DNA from: Octopus vulgaris
Taxonomy: Eukaryota
Length of the DNA stretch: 64,000 bases
Assembly (NCBI GenBank): GCA_951406725.2
Contig: OX597824.1
Location: 79,794,001 to 79,858,000, forward strand
Direction: 5' to 3'
The translations under genes and the position numbers were made by a program. Below, one piece after another: positions 1-12,785 of this stretch (its first letter is position 1; every line of letters begins with the position of its first letter). The notes beneath the pieces were generated by a model. It saw only the letters and a list, made by a program, of their open reading frames with translations. It had not been told where the DNA came from and did not search any database.

Positions 1-40
1 CCTTTCGTTGTATATTAATTAGTGTTGTAGCTAAAGTAGT

Positions 41-415
41 GTGGAGGCACAATGGCCCAGTGGTTAGGGCAGCGGACTCGCGGTCGTAGGATCGCGGTTT
101 CGATTCCCAGACCGGACGTTGTGAGTGTTTATTGAGCTAAAGTTCCACGAGTCTCCGGCAGGGAATGGTGGCGAACCTTGCTGTACTCTTTCACCACAAC
201 TTTCTCTCACTCTTTCTTCCTGTTTCTGTTGTACCTGTGTTTCAAAGGACCAGCCTTGTCACACTCTGTGTCACACTGAATCTCCCCGAGAACTACGTTA
301 AGGGTACACGTGTCTGTGGAGTGCTCAACCATTTGCACGTAAATTTCACGAGCAGGCTGTTCCGTTGATCGGGTCAACTGGAACCCTCGTCGTCGTAACC
401 GACGGAGTGCCAACC
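41..415 (+). mobile_element. tRNA-derived SINE, family A, tail A, full length
   Basis: Box A (tggcccagtgg) and box B-like (ggtttcgattccc) head; 12-bp TSD agctaaagtagt at 29-40 and 416-427; near-identical copy at 55214-55596. Confidence 0.9.
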
Positions 416-446
416 AGCTAAAGTAGTTTTAGACTATAGTATTCAG

Positions 447-620
447 AGGTATGGCTGCATGGCAAAGAAGAAGCCCGCTTTTCAACCACGTGGTTTTGGG
501 TTCAGTCCTGCTGCGCGGCACCTTGTGGAGGTGTCTGCTACTAAAGCCTCGGGTCGACTAATACCTCGTGAGTGAATGTGGTTGACGGAAACTGAAAGAA
601 GCCTGTCGTGTATATATATT
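447..620 (+). mobile_element. SINE family C (CORE-like), diverged 5' part
   Basis: Matches the head and body of the copy at 40556-40960 (ggttcagtcc..ggcaccttg..ggaaactgaaagaagcc). Confidence 0.75.
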
Positions 621-773
621 CTTTTATTCTTTTATATCTCTCAGTCATTTGACTGCGGCCATGCTGGAGCACAACCTTTAGGATAAAATCTTTATAAGAA
701 TTTATCAAGTAGTTAGCGTGAAAAACCTCATAAGGGAAAAATCCATCAATTACTCCTCTTAAATATATTTACT

Positions 774-882
774 TATATTAAGGGCATTACTATACATAAA
801 TGCCTCACGTTAGGAGGGACTCTTAAAATCAAGACTTCCCTCCTTGCGTGAGGCATTTATGTATAGTAAAGCCCTTAATATA
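774..882. repeat. Fold-back inverted repeat abutting (TA)n
   Basis: 36-bp arms at 774-809 and 847-882 with one mismatch, plus an inner aggaggga/tccctcct stem. Confidence 0.9.
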
Positions 883-2301
883 TATATATATATATATAAA
901 TAATATATAAATATATGCATATATACATACATATATGTACATGCCTACATATATATGTAAATACATGCATATTTTGAGACAGGACATTTAAAAAACGTAG
1001 ACAAAGTGAGAAACGAAAACATAAAAAACAAAAACATAGAAAACGAACTTTTTTGAACGAAAGAAACAAATATACAGAGAAACGAGACAGGCAGGCAACA
1101 TAAAGAACATTCCCTTCATCAGTTTTCCCCTGTTTTATCTACTCCGCGTTACGAAGGTAGGGACAAGACGTGACTTCGTTAAAACAGTCATTTCCGCAAA
1201 GCAAATTAAATAAAATTTGGGATTTTTTGCGGAGTGTGAAAGTGGTAACAAAAAACAGGACAGTGAGAGCAAAACAGTAACAACAAACGGTGAGGGCTGT
1301 TAAGCCAAGACGATGTGAAGTGGTGAACGCTGGAAAAACGAGCTTTGAGAAGAGACGGGTAAAAACACGTCTTGTCTTTAGGAAGGAAGTGGAAGACAGG
1401 AAGATGGATGGCCGTTGGTCACGCGTGAGCAACGAGAGAGCCAAGGAGAAAGAGTGAGAGGATAGAGAGAGGGGAATGGTGAAGGGGAGAAGAGAAGAAT
1501 AGGGAAAGGGTGGGAGAGAAAAACAGAAAGAAAGAAGAACAAGAGAGGGAGAAAGATAGAAAGAATAGAGATAGAATAAGAGTGTGCATCGTAATTATTA
1601 AGATAAAACTTACTTGGAAATGGATGCATTTGCTCGATCATATAATATAAATAATATATAAATATATGCATATATACAAACATATATACACGTACACTCA
1701 TACATACATACATAATACATACATGCATACATACATGCGCACACATATTTATACACACACACACATACATATTTATGCATGTATGTAGGTATATGTATGC
1801 ATCTGGAGGCATTAGTCTAGATGGCGACTTTGAATGACAAATTTGATTCATAAAGCCAAAACTGTCTCTGAATTAATTCAAGAATGGTCGGCTAGCAGAT
1901 GTAAATTCCTCGAATCTGATTATTCTACAGACGGTTAATCCGTGATGCTTCGAGAATTCGGGAAAATATTCAATTTAAAAGACTTGAAACATATCTAAAT
2001 CGCTTTGTAGTAACGTCAATTATCCGATATCATACAAATATAGTAATACTATTGATCTTTACATGTGTGTTTTGGTGTATAATGAGGTATTCTATTGTTT
2101 CTAAAAGCGGAGGATGCTAAACCAATTCCATTTTCGATAATCTCGTACAGTAATTTCGTTTTCTTTCCCATATGATCCAAATCATTTCAATGCAGCAACT
2201 TGTACTAAATGTAACCCATCTAATGTGCAATTGAGTGAAGTATAGTCTGTTACAGCGTATTTTAGTCTAATCAGCCAACATTGATATTAATACTAAATTT
2301 A

Positions 2302-2870
2302 AGGCGGCGAGCTGGCAGAAACGTTAGCACGCCGGGCGAAATGCGTAGCCGTATTTCGTCTGCCGCTACGTTCTGAGTTCAAATTCCGTCGAGCTCGACT
2401 TTGCCTTTCATCCTTTTGAGGTCGATTAAATAAGTACCAGTTACGCACTGGAGTCGATATGATCGACTTAATCCATTTGTCTGTCCTTCTTTGTTCCCTC
2501 TGTGTTTAGCCCCTTGTGGGTAGTAAAGAAATGGTATTTCGTCTGAGTTCAAATTCCGCCGAGGTCGACTTTATCTTTCATCCTTTCGGGGTCGATTAAA
2601 TAAGTACCAGTTACACACTGGGGTCGATATAATTGGCTTAATCCGTTTATCTGTCCTTGTTTGTCCTCTCTGTGTTTAGCCCCTTGTGGGTAGTAAAGAA
2701 ACAGGCATTTCGTCCGTCACTACATTCTGAGTTCAAATTTCGTCGAAGTCATCGTTGCCTTTGATCTTTTCGGGGTCAATTAAATAAGTACCAGTTACGC
2801 ACTGGGGTCGATGTAATCGACTTGCCCTTTCCCCGAAATTGCTGGCCTTGTGTCAAAATTTTGAAATCAA
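2302..2870 (+). mobile_element. SINE family B (Meta/MESC-like core), tandem trimer
   Basis: Head ggcggcgagctggcagaa..gagttcaaattcc; core gtcgactttgcctttcatcctttcggggtcgataaa repeated three times; superfamily name is from recall only. Confidence 0.85.
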
Positions 2871-3546
2871 AATGCTTAATTTCACCGGCTAGATATTTCT
2901 GCCCATCATTTGTCTCAGTTTTTACCTACACAAAAACTACAAACCCACTTATTCTTTTCCTTCATCCGTTATTACTACGATCCCGTACGCGGATGTTTTT
3001 TCTCTTTTTATTCTTTTCTGTTTTTTTTTCTCTTCTCAGTCTTGAAAAAGGGCATATGACAGAAACATTGATAATTTTGCTTTTCCACACGGCAAATTCA
3101 TTTATAATTTGCATTCATTTTTATTACTATTTATTTATAAGGTCATTGGCTTCGTTGTTTAAATCAGCAAAACTTAACTTATCAATGGCTCCATCGGTAA
3201 ACATGAAAGGGTTTATATCTATTTTGACACTAAACCGAATACCCATTAAAAGTTGAATACTTTTTTCATTATTGCAGGACGGCAACAGTGAATAATAGAA
3301 GTGAAGAAACATAACTTTGTGAATGCCTATTCGAAATGGAAAATAACTGGATATCTGATGCCTGTTCGAAATGGTAAATAACCGTATATTCGATTTTTAA
3401 TTTTGAACGTGCAAGTCGAATCACCATTAACTTATAACAACTGGATAAGTCTGAGATTCACAGGTTTATTCCTTCATTTTCAAGTGATTTCCCGTTGTTA
3501 GAATAGCGATTAGCATCTGTGCACTATAATATGTGGTTTTAAAATA

Positions 3547-4030
3547 CAGTACTACCTCATTTTACAAGGAACGCTTTACGAGACGCAGGGTTTATGAGTT
3601 TTATTTTTCAAGCACAAGATCCAAATTTTGAACAAATTGCAAAAGTTTCTACTACCATAACAAATGCTTCTGCGTGTTACCGAGAAATTTACAGAGAGCT
3701 AAAAAAAAAAAAGCTTCTTCTAAGCAAACAACTCTAGATTTGTTTTTTAAAAAGAAATCTCCAAGTCCGACCACGAGTGCTTGTGAATCGGCGACCGCGT
3801 CTACAAGTGATAGTATGCGCGAGTCTAGTGCGAGTGAAAGTGATTCAGAAAACTATAATAATAATATTTCTTATCATAGTGTTATAAATTTTATAGGTAT
3901 AATATTTTTCCCGAAGACGAACTACGGTTTATAACATTGCTACTATGGGAAATTATTACTCTACATTACGAGTTTTCGCTTTACGAACCATCTCCGGGAA
4001 CAGATTAACTAGCATTTAGAAGCATTACTG
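3547..4030 (+). mobile_element. Tigger/pogo (Tc1-mariner) internally deleted DNA transposon
   Basis: TA-CAGTA..TACTG-TA termini; frameshifted C-terminal transposase remnant QDPNFE..ACYREIYRE..KQTTLDLFFKK, typical of Tigger. Confidence 0.8.
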
Positions 4031-4271
4031 TATATAAAAGTAATGATTTGTCCCTTGCTACACGAAATACATTCCACTATAATTTGTCAAAATATAAAAT
4101 AGTTCGTCGAAACAGCGCATTTTCTACGGAGAAAATTGCTGTTGATAATTTAAAAATACGTAAAAAAATAGTGAAATTGCGGCAGGTGTTGATTGAACAG
4201 TATCTGACATGCTTAAAGCTGTTTATACTTTGTTGCCCTCTAAACTGCACTCATTATTACACTAAAGTCAA

Positions 4272-4645
4272 GGTGGCGCGCTGGCAGAATCGTTAGCATG
4301 GTGGACGTTCTGAGTTCAAATTCTGCCGAGGTCGACTTTGCCTTTCATCCTTTCGGGGTCGATAGAATAAGTACCAGTTATGCACTGGGGTCAATATAAT
4401 CGACTTAATCCGTTTGTCTGTCCTTGTTTGTCCCCTCTGTGTTTAGCCCCTTGTGGGTAGTAAAGAAGTAGGTATTTCGTCTGTCGCTACGTTCTGAGTT
4501 CAAATTCTGCTGAGATCGACTTTGTCTTTTATCCTTTCGGGGTCGATAAATTAAGTGCAAGTAAAACACTGCGGTCGATTAAATAGACTAGTCTCCTCTC
4601 TCCAAATTTCAGGCCTTGTACCTATAATAGAAAATATTACTATCA
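4272..4645 (+). mobile_element. SINE family B dimer
   Basis: Two core units, ending in the alternative tail (aggccttg..tagaaaa) and (ATT)n. Confidence 0.85.
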
Positions 4646-4659
4646 TTATTATCATTGGG

Positions 4660-4855
4660 ACGGCGAGCTGGCAGAAACGTTAGCACGCCGGGCGAAATGC
4701 GTAGCCGTATTTCGTCTGCCGTTACGTTGTGAGTTCAAATTCCTCCGAGGTCGACTTTGCCTTTTATCCTTTCGGGGTCGATGAAATATGTACGAGTTAC
4801 GCACTGGGGTCGATGTAAATTTCCAAGACCTTGTGCATAGAGTAGAAATAATAAT
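4660..4855 (+). mobile_element. SINE family B monomer
   Basis: Head, core and shortened tail followed by (ATT)n. Confidence 0.85.
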
Positions 4856-4956
4856 TATTATAATCATTGAGGCGGGGAGCTGGCAGTCAAAGCCCCAATC
4901 CACGAAAATACTTTCTTACACGAGCAAGACATTTGAATGAATAAAAATTTCAGTTA

Positions 4957-5052
4957 ACCTGATACCCATGAGTTTCACCCTTAATGACCAAATAAATCAG
5001 CTAGTAAGTTAATTAATTGATTAATTAGTCTTCCGTAGCTCGTCAGTAAGGC
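4957..5052 (-). ncRNA. Type I hammerhead ribozyme motif
   Basis: gcctta CTGACGA [long stem II] GAAA ctcatgg GTA tcaggt. Confidence 0.6.
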
Positions 5053-5297
5053 TGCTGTAAAATGTATAAATATGGGACTACAATACGTACCGACAAACAA
5101 AGAAAACAAATGCGCACTCAGTTCCATTTTTGTACACCAAGTATTCAAATCGAATGACTTCAAACAACGTGGAAAGCCAGAGTAGTAAAGCAGTGAATAA
5201 ATTCACACGTATACCATCCGACCAAAGAATTTAGATATTTAACTTTATAAATACAAGGGTAAAAATTATTGTATTGTATTTATACATTTTACACCGA

Positions 5298-5384
5298 CCT
5301 TACTGACGAGCTACGGATGACTAATTAATCAATTAACTTAGTTGATTTATTTGATCATCAATGGTGAAACTCATGGGTATAAAG
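5298..5384 (+). ncRNA. Type I hammerhead ribozyme motif
   Basis: cctta CTGACGA gcta..tggt GAAA ctcatgg GTA taaag; predicted cleavage after 5379. Confidence 0.6.
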
Positions 5385-5547
5385 TTAACGGACATTTTCA
5401 TTCACTCAAATGCCTTGCTCGCGTACCGGCAACGTGTTTTAATGTAAAAATGTTTTTTTCGTGGTTTTGGGCTTTGACCGCCATTTTTAGCATGTAAGAA
5501 ATTCACATAGTGGTTTTCTCTCCCTGTATATTCCATATACTATTATA

Positions 5548-5666
<119 letters not shown>

Positions 5667-6854
5667 GGTGTGTGTGAAAGAGGTGGTATGTGAAAGCACG
5701 TGGTTGGATGTATAAAATAGAGTGAAAGAACTACAGAAGGATTGTGTTATATGGTTAAAGAATATATTTAAATCGTTATGTTAGAAAAATGTTATAGTAT
5801 TTCGTGTATAGTAACATTGTTTTTGGAGAAATAACCGGTTTCGTATTTCCTTTTCAAATTTCTCAAATTTCTTTACCTATATTGTGTCATCTCTTCGTAA
5901 TGTTGTGAAATATGGAGTTCCTGACAGGGGAATATATTTAAATGTATGTTTTTTTGTGTGTCTGCGTTTGCCACCCACTGTCAATGCTGCTTAACAACCG
6001 GTGTTGCGTTGTTTACGCTCATGTAACTTAGAAGTTCGGCAAAGGAGATGGATAGAATAAGTAACAGACTTAAAAAAAAAACCCAGAAAAGCATAACTAC
6101 TGAGGTTTATTTGTTAGACTAAACTCTTCATGTCGGTGCCCCAGCATGGCCGAAGTCCATTGTCTGAGACAAGTAAATAAATATTACAATTATCAACAAA
6201 TGAAAGCAGATTCTTAAGCTCTAAATTTCAGGGAATATCTCGAGGCTGTGAATACAGAGTACAGAAGAGGAACCTTAGACAGCCATAGATAACGGAAAAT
6301 AGGAGGGGCTGGTGGAATTTTATAAGACAAAGTATCAAAGTTTTGGAATCTGTCATGGAATCGAAAAATGTTCTGGAGGATATTATCAACCAGTTTCCAA
6401 ATATCTTAATCAGTTAAGCAAGGAATAAATAAATAAAACGAAAACTCAGAAACTTGATGATGTTACCTGTTGAAGATTTCTAAAGATAACAACTGATAGA
6501 TTTCTTTCGACAAAATCCCTGCTGAGCCGTCTTCAATAGGTTTCAATTAGAATAGTACAGCCGGCAGCAATCTACTGATACATCAATTTTTAAAGAAATG
6601 AGACGCAATTTACAGTCCTTGAAAAACAAGCAATGTATATGTTAACAATGCAATAATAATAATACACAAGGAAAGATAATCAAGGGAAAACGAAATTGAC
6701 GCAGACATGATGATGATGATGATGGTGTTGCTGTTGATGTTGATGATGATAATGATAGCGTTAATGATGATGGTCATAATGATGATTCATATATTTGCCA
6801 CAAGAGCAAGTACGTTCAAACAAAGCGTGTTATACGCTTTGTACTTGTGTTTGT

Positions 6855-6897
<43 letters not shown>

Positions 6898-6917
6898 TGT
6901 GTGTGTTTATATATATG

Positions 6918-6961
<44 letters not shown>

Positions 6962-7040
6962 ATAAATATTAGGGAATAAATCCAACTTTACAGGGAAAAA
7001 AATCAGATTTAGGATTAAATCCAATTTTATAGTAAAATAT

Positions 7041-7192
7041 TATAAAATATTATTAGAGACAAAACCACTATTTTGCAAAACAAACAAGGAAAGACTTAAT
7101 CAATACATAAAATTTTAATAAATAGTCAAATTTTATGTATTGATTAAGTCTTTCCTTGTTTGTTTTGCAAAATAGTGGTTTTGTCTCTAATA

Positions 7193-7202
<10 letters not shown>
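7041..7202. repeat. Perfect fold-back inverted repeat abutting (TA)n
   Basis: 75-bp arms at 7041-7115 and 7128-7202, 12-bp spacer. Confidence 0.95.
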
Positions 7203-7244
<42 letters not shown>

Positions 7245-7344
7245 TATAGTTAATCCAAACATGAAACACAAAGAGAAAACACAACAACGTGAGGACGTGG
7301 AACACTTATAGTGTTATTGGACGCTCAGGAAAGGAAAGAAAGGA

Positions 7345-7389
<45 letters not shown>

Positions 7390-7735
7390 TTATATATAAA
7401 TATTTAATTTCTGTTATTTTGCCATTCATTAACTGATATCAGTAAGTATATATTTATATGTATATACGAGTGTTTTTGCGTATATTTGCTTGTATGTGCG
7501 CGTGTGTGTGTGTGTATGTATGTGTGTACTTGTATATGTGTTTATATAAAAGAAATATATATATATAATATAAATTTATAAGTATACAATATGTATATAC
7601 TTGTGTATGTGTTTATATAAAAGAAATATATATATAATCTAAATTTATAAATATATAATATGTATATATATTTTATTTTTTATAGATATATAAATACTTA
7701 ATTTCTATTATTTTGTCATTCATTAATTGATATTA

Positions 7736-7771
<36 letters not shown>

Positions 7772-8519
7772 TTGCATACATATAAGAGAGGTGAGCTTAA
7801 TACAGTATATGAAAGCATTAAAAATTACACGAATACATAAATTAAACACCTTCTCCCCCACACATATTAACATAAATAGATGAAAACAAATGGGAACAAC
7901 TGAGGGTAGCATATCCACATATGGTCAGGAAATCTCCATATAGGTAAGAGCAAGGCACATGATCCTCAACTTCTGCTCCTGCCTATGAAAATCTTTGGAT
8001 TTTGACTAGACGAGGATTCTTTTACGTTATTGTCGATGATTCTATTTCAACTATTGATTGTCTGATAATGTTGGTCCTTTTTTTTAGCAACAACCCACGT
8101 AGTCAGAAGATATCTTTATTTTAACCTTTGAATTATGAAGGTAGAAAGAGCTGGTGGTTCTTTACATAATTCCTGAGACTACTGGGAGGTATCCTCAAAT
8201 CGGGGACCTGGAAAGGAAGCTTGCTATAAAATGTATTCCTCTTAGGATACCAAAAGTGGCGAGTGGTGGTATTAATCCAGATTACAGATTAACGCTGTCT
8301 CCTTCTCATTCATCACGTTTCCTTTCCGTTTCTAAATAGTACAGCAAGATATTCGATAAAAACTCGATGAAACATGAATCACATCGGTTCCAAGGAACTG
8401 GAAGCTTCTCCCCATGCGCTTTGATTACCTTCGGTCTGGTCTCATTTTTATTCATTTCTACACAATTCTTTGTTTTTGCTAATTCCGACAGTCTTCTGCA
8501 CCTCTTTATCCTCGTTTCT

Positions 8520-8755
8520 TTCCTTAAAATTAGATGGCCTGAACACATAAGCAATATGGAGCTATGGCAAAGAACAAATCAAGTTTCGATTAGGGAGCAA
8601 ATATCTAATAAAAAGTGGAAGTGGATTGGTAGCACAATTAAAAAAGACACACCAAATGTAGCGAAAAGTGCTTTACATTGGAATCCGGATGGATATAGAA
8701 AGAAAGGTAGGTCTAAGAACTCGTGGAGTAGATCAACACAAAAGGAACTAAGGGG
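8520..8755 (+). mobile_element. RTE-clade LINE ORF C-terminal fragment
   Basis: LKIRWPEHISNMELWQRT..KKWKWIG..ALHWNPDGYRKKGRSKNSW matches the RTE post-RT motif. Confidence 0.8.
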
Positions 8756-8799
8756 GACATTCATGGCAGAGTATAATTACAGAAGCGAAAAATTATACG

Positions 8800-9300
8800 A
8801 CATCTCACCTTATCTTTAATCTCAAAAACTAAGCACATTCTTCTATATGGTTCAATCCTGCCGATGGAGCAGATATCGTGCACATACTTGCTTGAATTTA
8901 TAACTGTTTCTTCAAGTCATGTGAATGTGCCTACGGTTTTGGAAAAACCAAAATATGTAGTATTTCTTGGTGAATTCATCGGGATTGGAGGCACTGGCTT
9001 TTGTAACATATGTCTCCTACATTCTTCTTTTTACCCCAAAGTTGAGTTATAATTTAGTGTTTCTGACTGGTCCGTAAATCTAGCAATGTTGGTGTTTTTA
9101 AAATTAAAGTTATTAAAGCGACTGGTACATATTTCATTTGAATTTATTACAAACATGTCTGCTTGTACAGTTGTCATTATTGTTGTTTATCGTTTATTCT
9201 TTAAATATGTGTTTTTGTTTCCAACAATTTCTTTGAAAGTTATATCCGTTGCTATCATGTTTATGGTTAGCACCTCTTGCCGCTACCACGGCGAAATATC
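8800..9300 (-). mobile_element. Possible decayed Penelope GIY-YIG region
   Basis: Broken minus-strand translation with NTNIARF and GLNHIEECA-like pieces; heavily degenerate. Confidence 0.3.
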
Positions 9301-9459
9301 ATATTTGATTGCGAGGAAACAGTGTTCCCAAAATTAAATTAGCATCTAAGACAAGTTATAGTAATATTAATATTTTTTTTAAAATATTTTTTTTAAATTA
9401 ATATTTTTTTAACCTAAGTAATACGATGGACACTGAAATATTTCAAAACTTTTTGTTGA

Positions 9460-9461
9460 CA

Positions 9462-9493
<32 letters not shown>

Positions 9494-9601
9494 GCAGCAG
9501 CAGCAGCAGCAAGCTCTTTCATATAGTAAATTGTGATAAAATCTCAAATTTCCACGGTGCGGTGTTACACAAGTCCGTCACACCAAATAACAACGCCAAT
9601 A

Positions 9602-9662
<61 letters not shown>

Positions 9663-9694
9663 TAATAATAATAATAATATAAAAATAATGATGA

Positions 9695-9747
<53 letters not shown>

Positions 9748-9789
9748 ATAATAATAATAATAATAATAGTTGTAGTAGTAGTAGTAGTA

Positions 9790-9841
<52 letters not shown>

Positions 9842-10092
9842 TAATAATAATAATAATAGTAATAATAATAAAAGAATAAGAATAAGAATAATAATCCTTT
9901 CTACTATAGGCACAAGGTCTGACATTCGGTGGGAGCGGACTAGTCGATTACATCGACCCCAGTGTTTCATTGGTGCTTAATTTATCGGCGGCATTTGTAC
10001 TCAGATCTTAATGATGGACGAAATGCCGCTAAGCATTTTCCCCGGCGTGCTAATGGTCATACCAACACGCTTCCATAATAATAACAATAGTA

Positions 10093-10169
<77 letters not shown>

Positions 10170-10180
10170 GATGATGAATA
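9460..10180. repeat. Compound trinucleotide microsatellites (AAC, CAG, AAT, ACT, GAT) with an embedded minus-strand SINE B remnant (about 9895-10070)
   Basis: Direct reading. Confidence 0.9.
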
Positions 10181-10624
10181 ACGTTCCGTGCTTGGTAAAA
10201 GCAATAACAGCTAGACTGTTAAAAGAATAAATGCTTTCGTCAACATAAACAACCTCTCATTTCTGGACAAAAGAACGAGATCAATGCTGCTTCACTAGCA
10301 GAAGAAACCGAAAAACCTATGCTGAGAAATATGGATTATAAGTGGATTATCGAGGGATGAGAAATTCAATCCAACAAGTGCAGTAACCGAATAACTAACC
10401 CATATATTATAGTACATGGGCGACTACAAAGAATCTGGAAATAAATTGCAAAGTGTTTCCGAAAATATACAGGGATCCACTCAAGGACCTAGACACAACA
10501 CTCGAAAAGGCCCCACCGCACTAATATCCCAGAGACAGCTTATTAGGGCTCCCAAACCGCAGAATGATAAACAGCTTGGCAACAATACCAAAACATTGAT
10601 AGAAATAATATTGTGAAGGATTAA

Positions 10625-11017
10625 TCTCTCTATATATAAAGCTGAAGTTGTCTGTGTATGGCAGGTTTGGTAGCCTTCAACTAACACTATCTCCTCCGAG
10701 ACCCTGCAGTGCAAGCTGACCAAAATTGAGAGTATGATAGAAGAAGGCTTGCTCTTCATTCCGTAGAAGAAAAAATTCAAATCGGACCATGTTAACACCA
10801 AAACTTTTTTACATCAAAAAGGTGCTTTTTTTTTATGAAAATCCCTTATTTTTTACGATTTTTTGACTGCTGTGTAGCCCCTTTTTGGTGTATTTCAACC
10901 AGAAAAATGTTCACTTAAAGAGAATAACAAGCTACATAATGCAAAACTTTTACTTTTCAAAAATTCCAATTCTAAAGGGTCGAAACAAACCCGAGCAACG
11001 CCGGGCGATACTGCTAG
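10625..11017 (+). mobile_element. Non-autonomous Helitron
   Basis: 5' TC, 3' hairpin cccgagcaacgccggg followed by CTAG, inserted between A and T with no TSD; same 3' end at 60430. Confidence 0.85.
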
Positions 11018-12094
11018 TGTTCAATTAAAACAAAAAAAGCAACAAGAATACTGTGAAGTATATATTGCCACTTAAATAAGCTACAATAGCATCCACCCTT
11101 AAGGGTTAGCCACATTTAAGTGGTTAATATACTTCACGATGTCGTACAGCTACTGTTTATACCTCGCTCAGAGATTTATTATAAAAAGAATACTATCAAA
11201 ATAAGTGAGAGCTGACCACAGAGGAATGAGCTGGCAAATATATAATTTTGATAAACGTACATTTGGAACTAGTTCAGGTTTGGAACCTGAAAGAAAGGCT
11301 TTCCCACATTGGAACCATTTGAAACATATTTTAAACATAGTAACAAGAGCAAATTATTGGAAAATTCATAACAGCTTCCAAATTTTTTTTTAATCAAGTG
11401 TCCAATAACTCAGCGAAATTCAAAGAAACTGCATGTGTCATTAACACACCATCCTATTATCGTTGAAGCTTAAGACATTGCTGCTAGCCTTGAAGTAGAT
11501 AACAGAATTAAATATTTAGCCTTCCGCAAATCAAAGATTACTCTTATAGATCTCGGATATAATAATATTAACTCTAAATGCAGGTTATTCAACCCTGCTA
11601 AAAGTAAATTATGTATGAGCAATGCCTTCCTATATTCTTGTTTCAAAAATAAATTTCCTATTTTTATTATTTAATAACAACGCTCCCGTTATTCAATGAC
11701 AGTGTTAGTAATGATAAATAACTTAGTAAATTTATGTCAGTTGTAATAGAATTCTCTCCTTCTAAAACCAAATCCTTTAAAACAATGAAGACAATTTGCT
11801 TGGTGTCTATATGGTATCCTACAGTGAGGTTGAACTATGTAAAATTATTGGCATATGTATATTAAAGACTTCCTTCATAAAAGATTATCTACCTTGCGAG
11901 AGGCTTATATAGAGATGATAGTCTCATAGACTAGCATTACAAGAATAGTCACGATGTCGATAGATTAAAAACAATACTTAATAGAAGTACGTTTAAAAAA
12001 TCGTAATCGATATCAGTGTCAACAGATTTAGTTTCTTTGGATATTACATAAGAACAAATAAATTCTACTCCTATTAAAGAATCAAATGATAAAA

Positions 12095-12300
12095 ATCTAT
12101 CATATAATATCCATTCTGTCTGTCTGGGTGTGCATCTTCTAGGATCTCGGGCATCCTCCATCCGATTGCACTAAAATTTGATATGTAGATATGATGGTAT
12201 CAGGGCGTGTATAAGTCTTGAAAAAATTACAAAAATCGATTCCAGGTGAGAATGCGATCGATAAAGCCATGGGAACGTGCATTTGTACGCTCAAGTACAC
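12095..12300 (+). mobile_element. Possible Helitron-type 5' fragment
   Basis: tctatcatataa..ctgtctgtctg..ccgattgcactaaaatttg pattern, common in non-autonomous Helitrons. Confidence 0.35.
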
Positions 12301-12785
12301 CAGCACCGTCCATTGGATGTGGGGCGTTTTGCTCGTATTTTATATAAATAATGACTTGAACCATCCTCCTAAGAAGAGGCTGTAATTAACAACAGTTCTC
12401 ACTATTATAACAATACATTTTGTAATAATAGTTTCGCTGGTAAAATACATTATATGATTCGCACTAATCTTAGATTGAGAGATATTCTATGGTATAATCC
12501 AACGTTTGCCCGTTATCATATCGTGAGATATTTGCATATCAGTTTTGTTCACATATTTTTCTATATAAGTTCTGAAATTTTACATTGGACTAATTGAAAA
12601 TTAGATTTTATTAACATATAAACAAATTCGACAAATAAATTTCTCCCAATATAACCGTGATTTTGAATTTGCGGCCAAGCTTTTTAGTGGCGCGATTTCG
12701 TTCGACTAAACACCTAGAAGACGCAAAAAACTGACGGCCTTCTGTTTTTGTGTTCGTTGCTCGCCAATTGGCAGAAATTGGTTCT

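Larger units (their letters stand above)
4885..5480. mobile_element. Penelope-like terminus: diverged inverted repeat of about 200 bp
   Basis: Arms about 4885-5085 and 5270-5480 are reverse complements; each holds a hammerhead motif; lies next to a long (TA)n. Confidence 0.65.

Noticed and set aside
43-115. tRNA gene
   Set aside because: It is the tRNA-like head of a SINE with TSDs and lacks a complete acceptor stem
1085-1165. Minus-strand CTGATGA as a hammerhead (similar sequence at about 60634)
   Set aside because: No GAAA follows the putative stem II and no consistent stems I and III were found
6230-6600. Possible CR1-group LINE 3' end
   Set aside because: Only a faint DRF..IPxEP resemblance; too decayed to support
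11030-11940. Possible Penelope GIY-YIG remnants and a decayed hammerhead
   Set aside because: Motifs are too degenerate to call without an alignment
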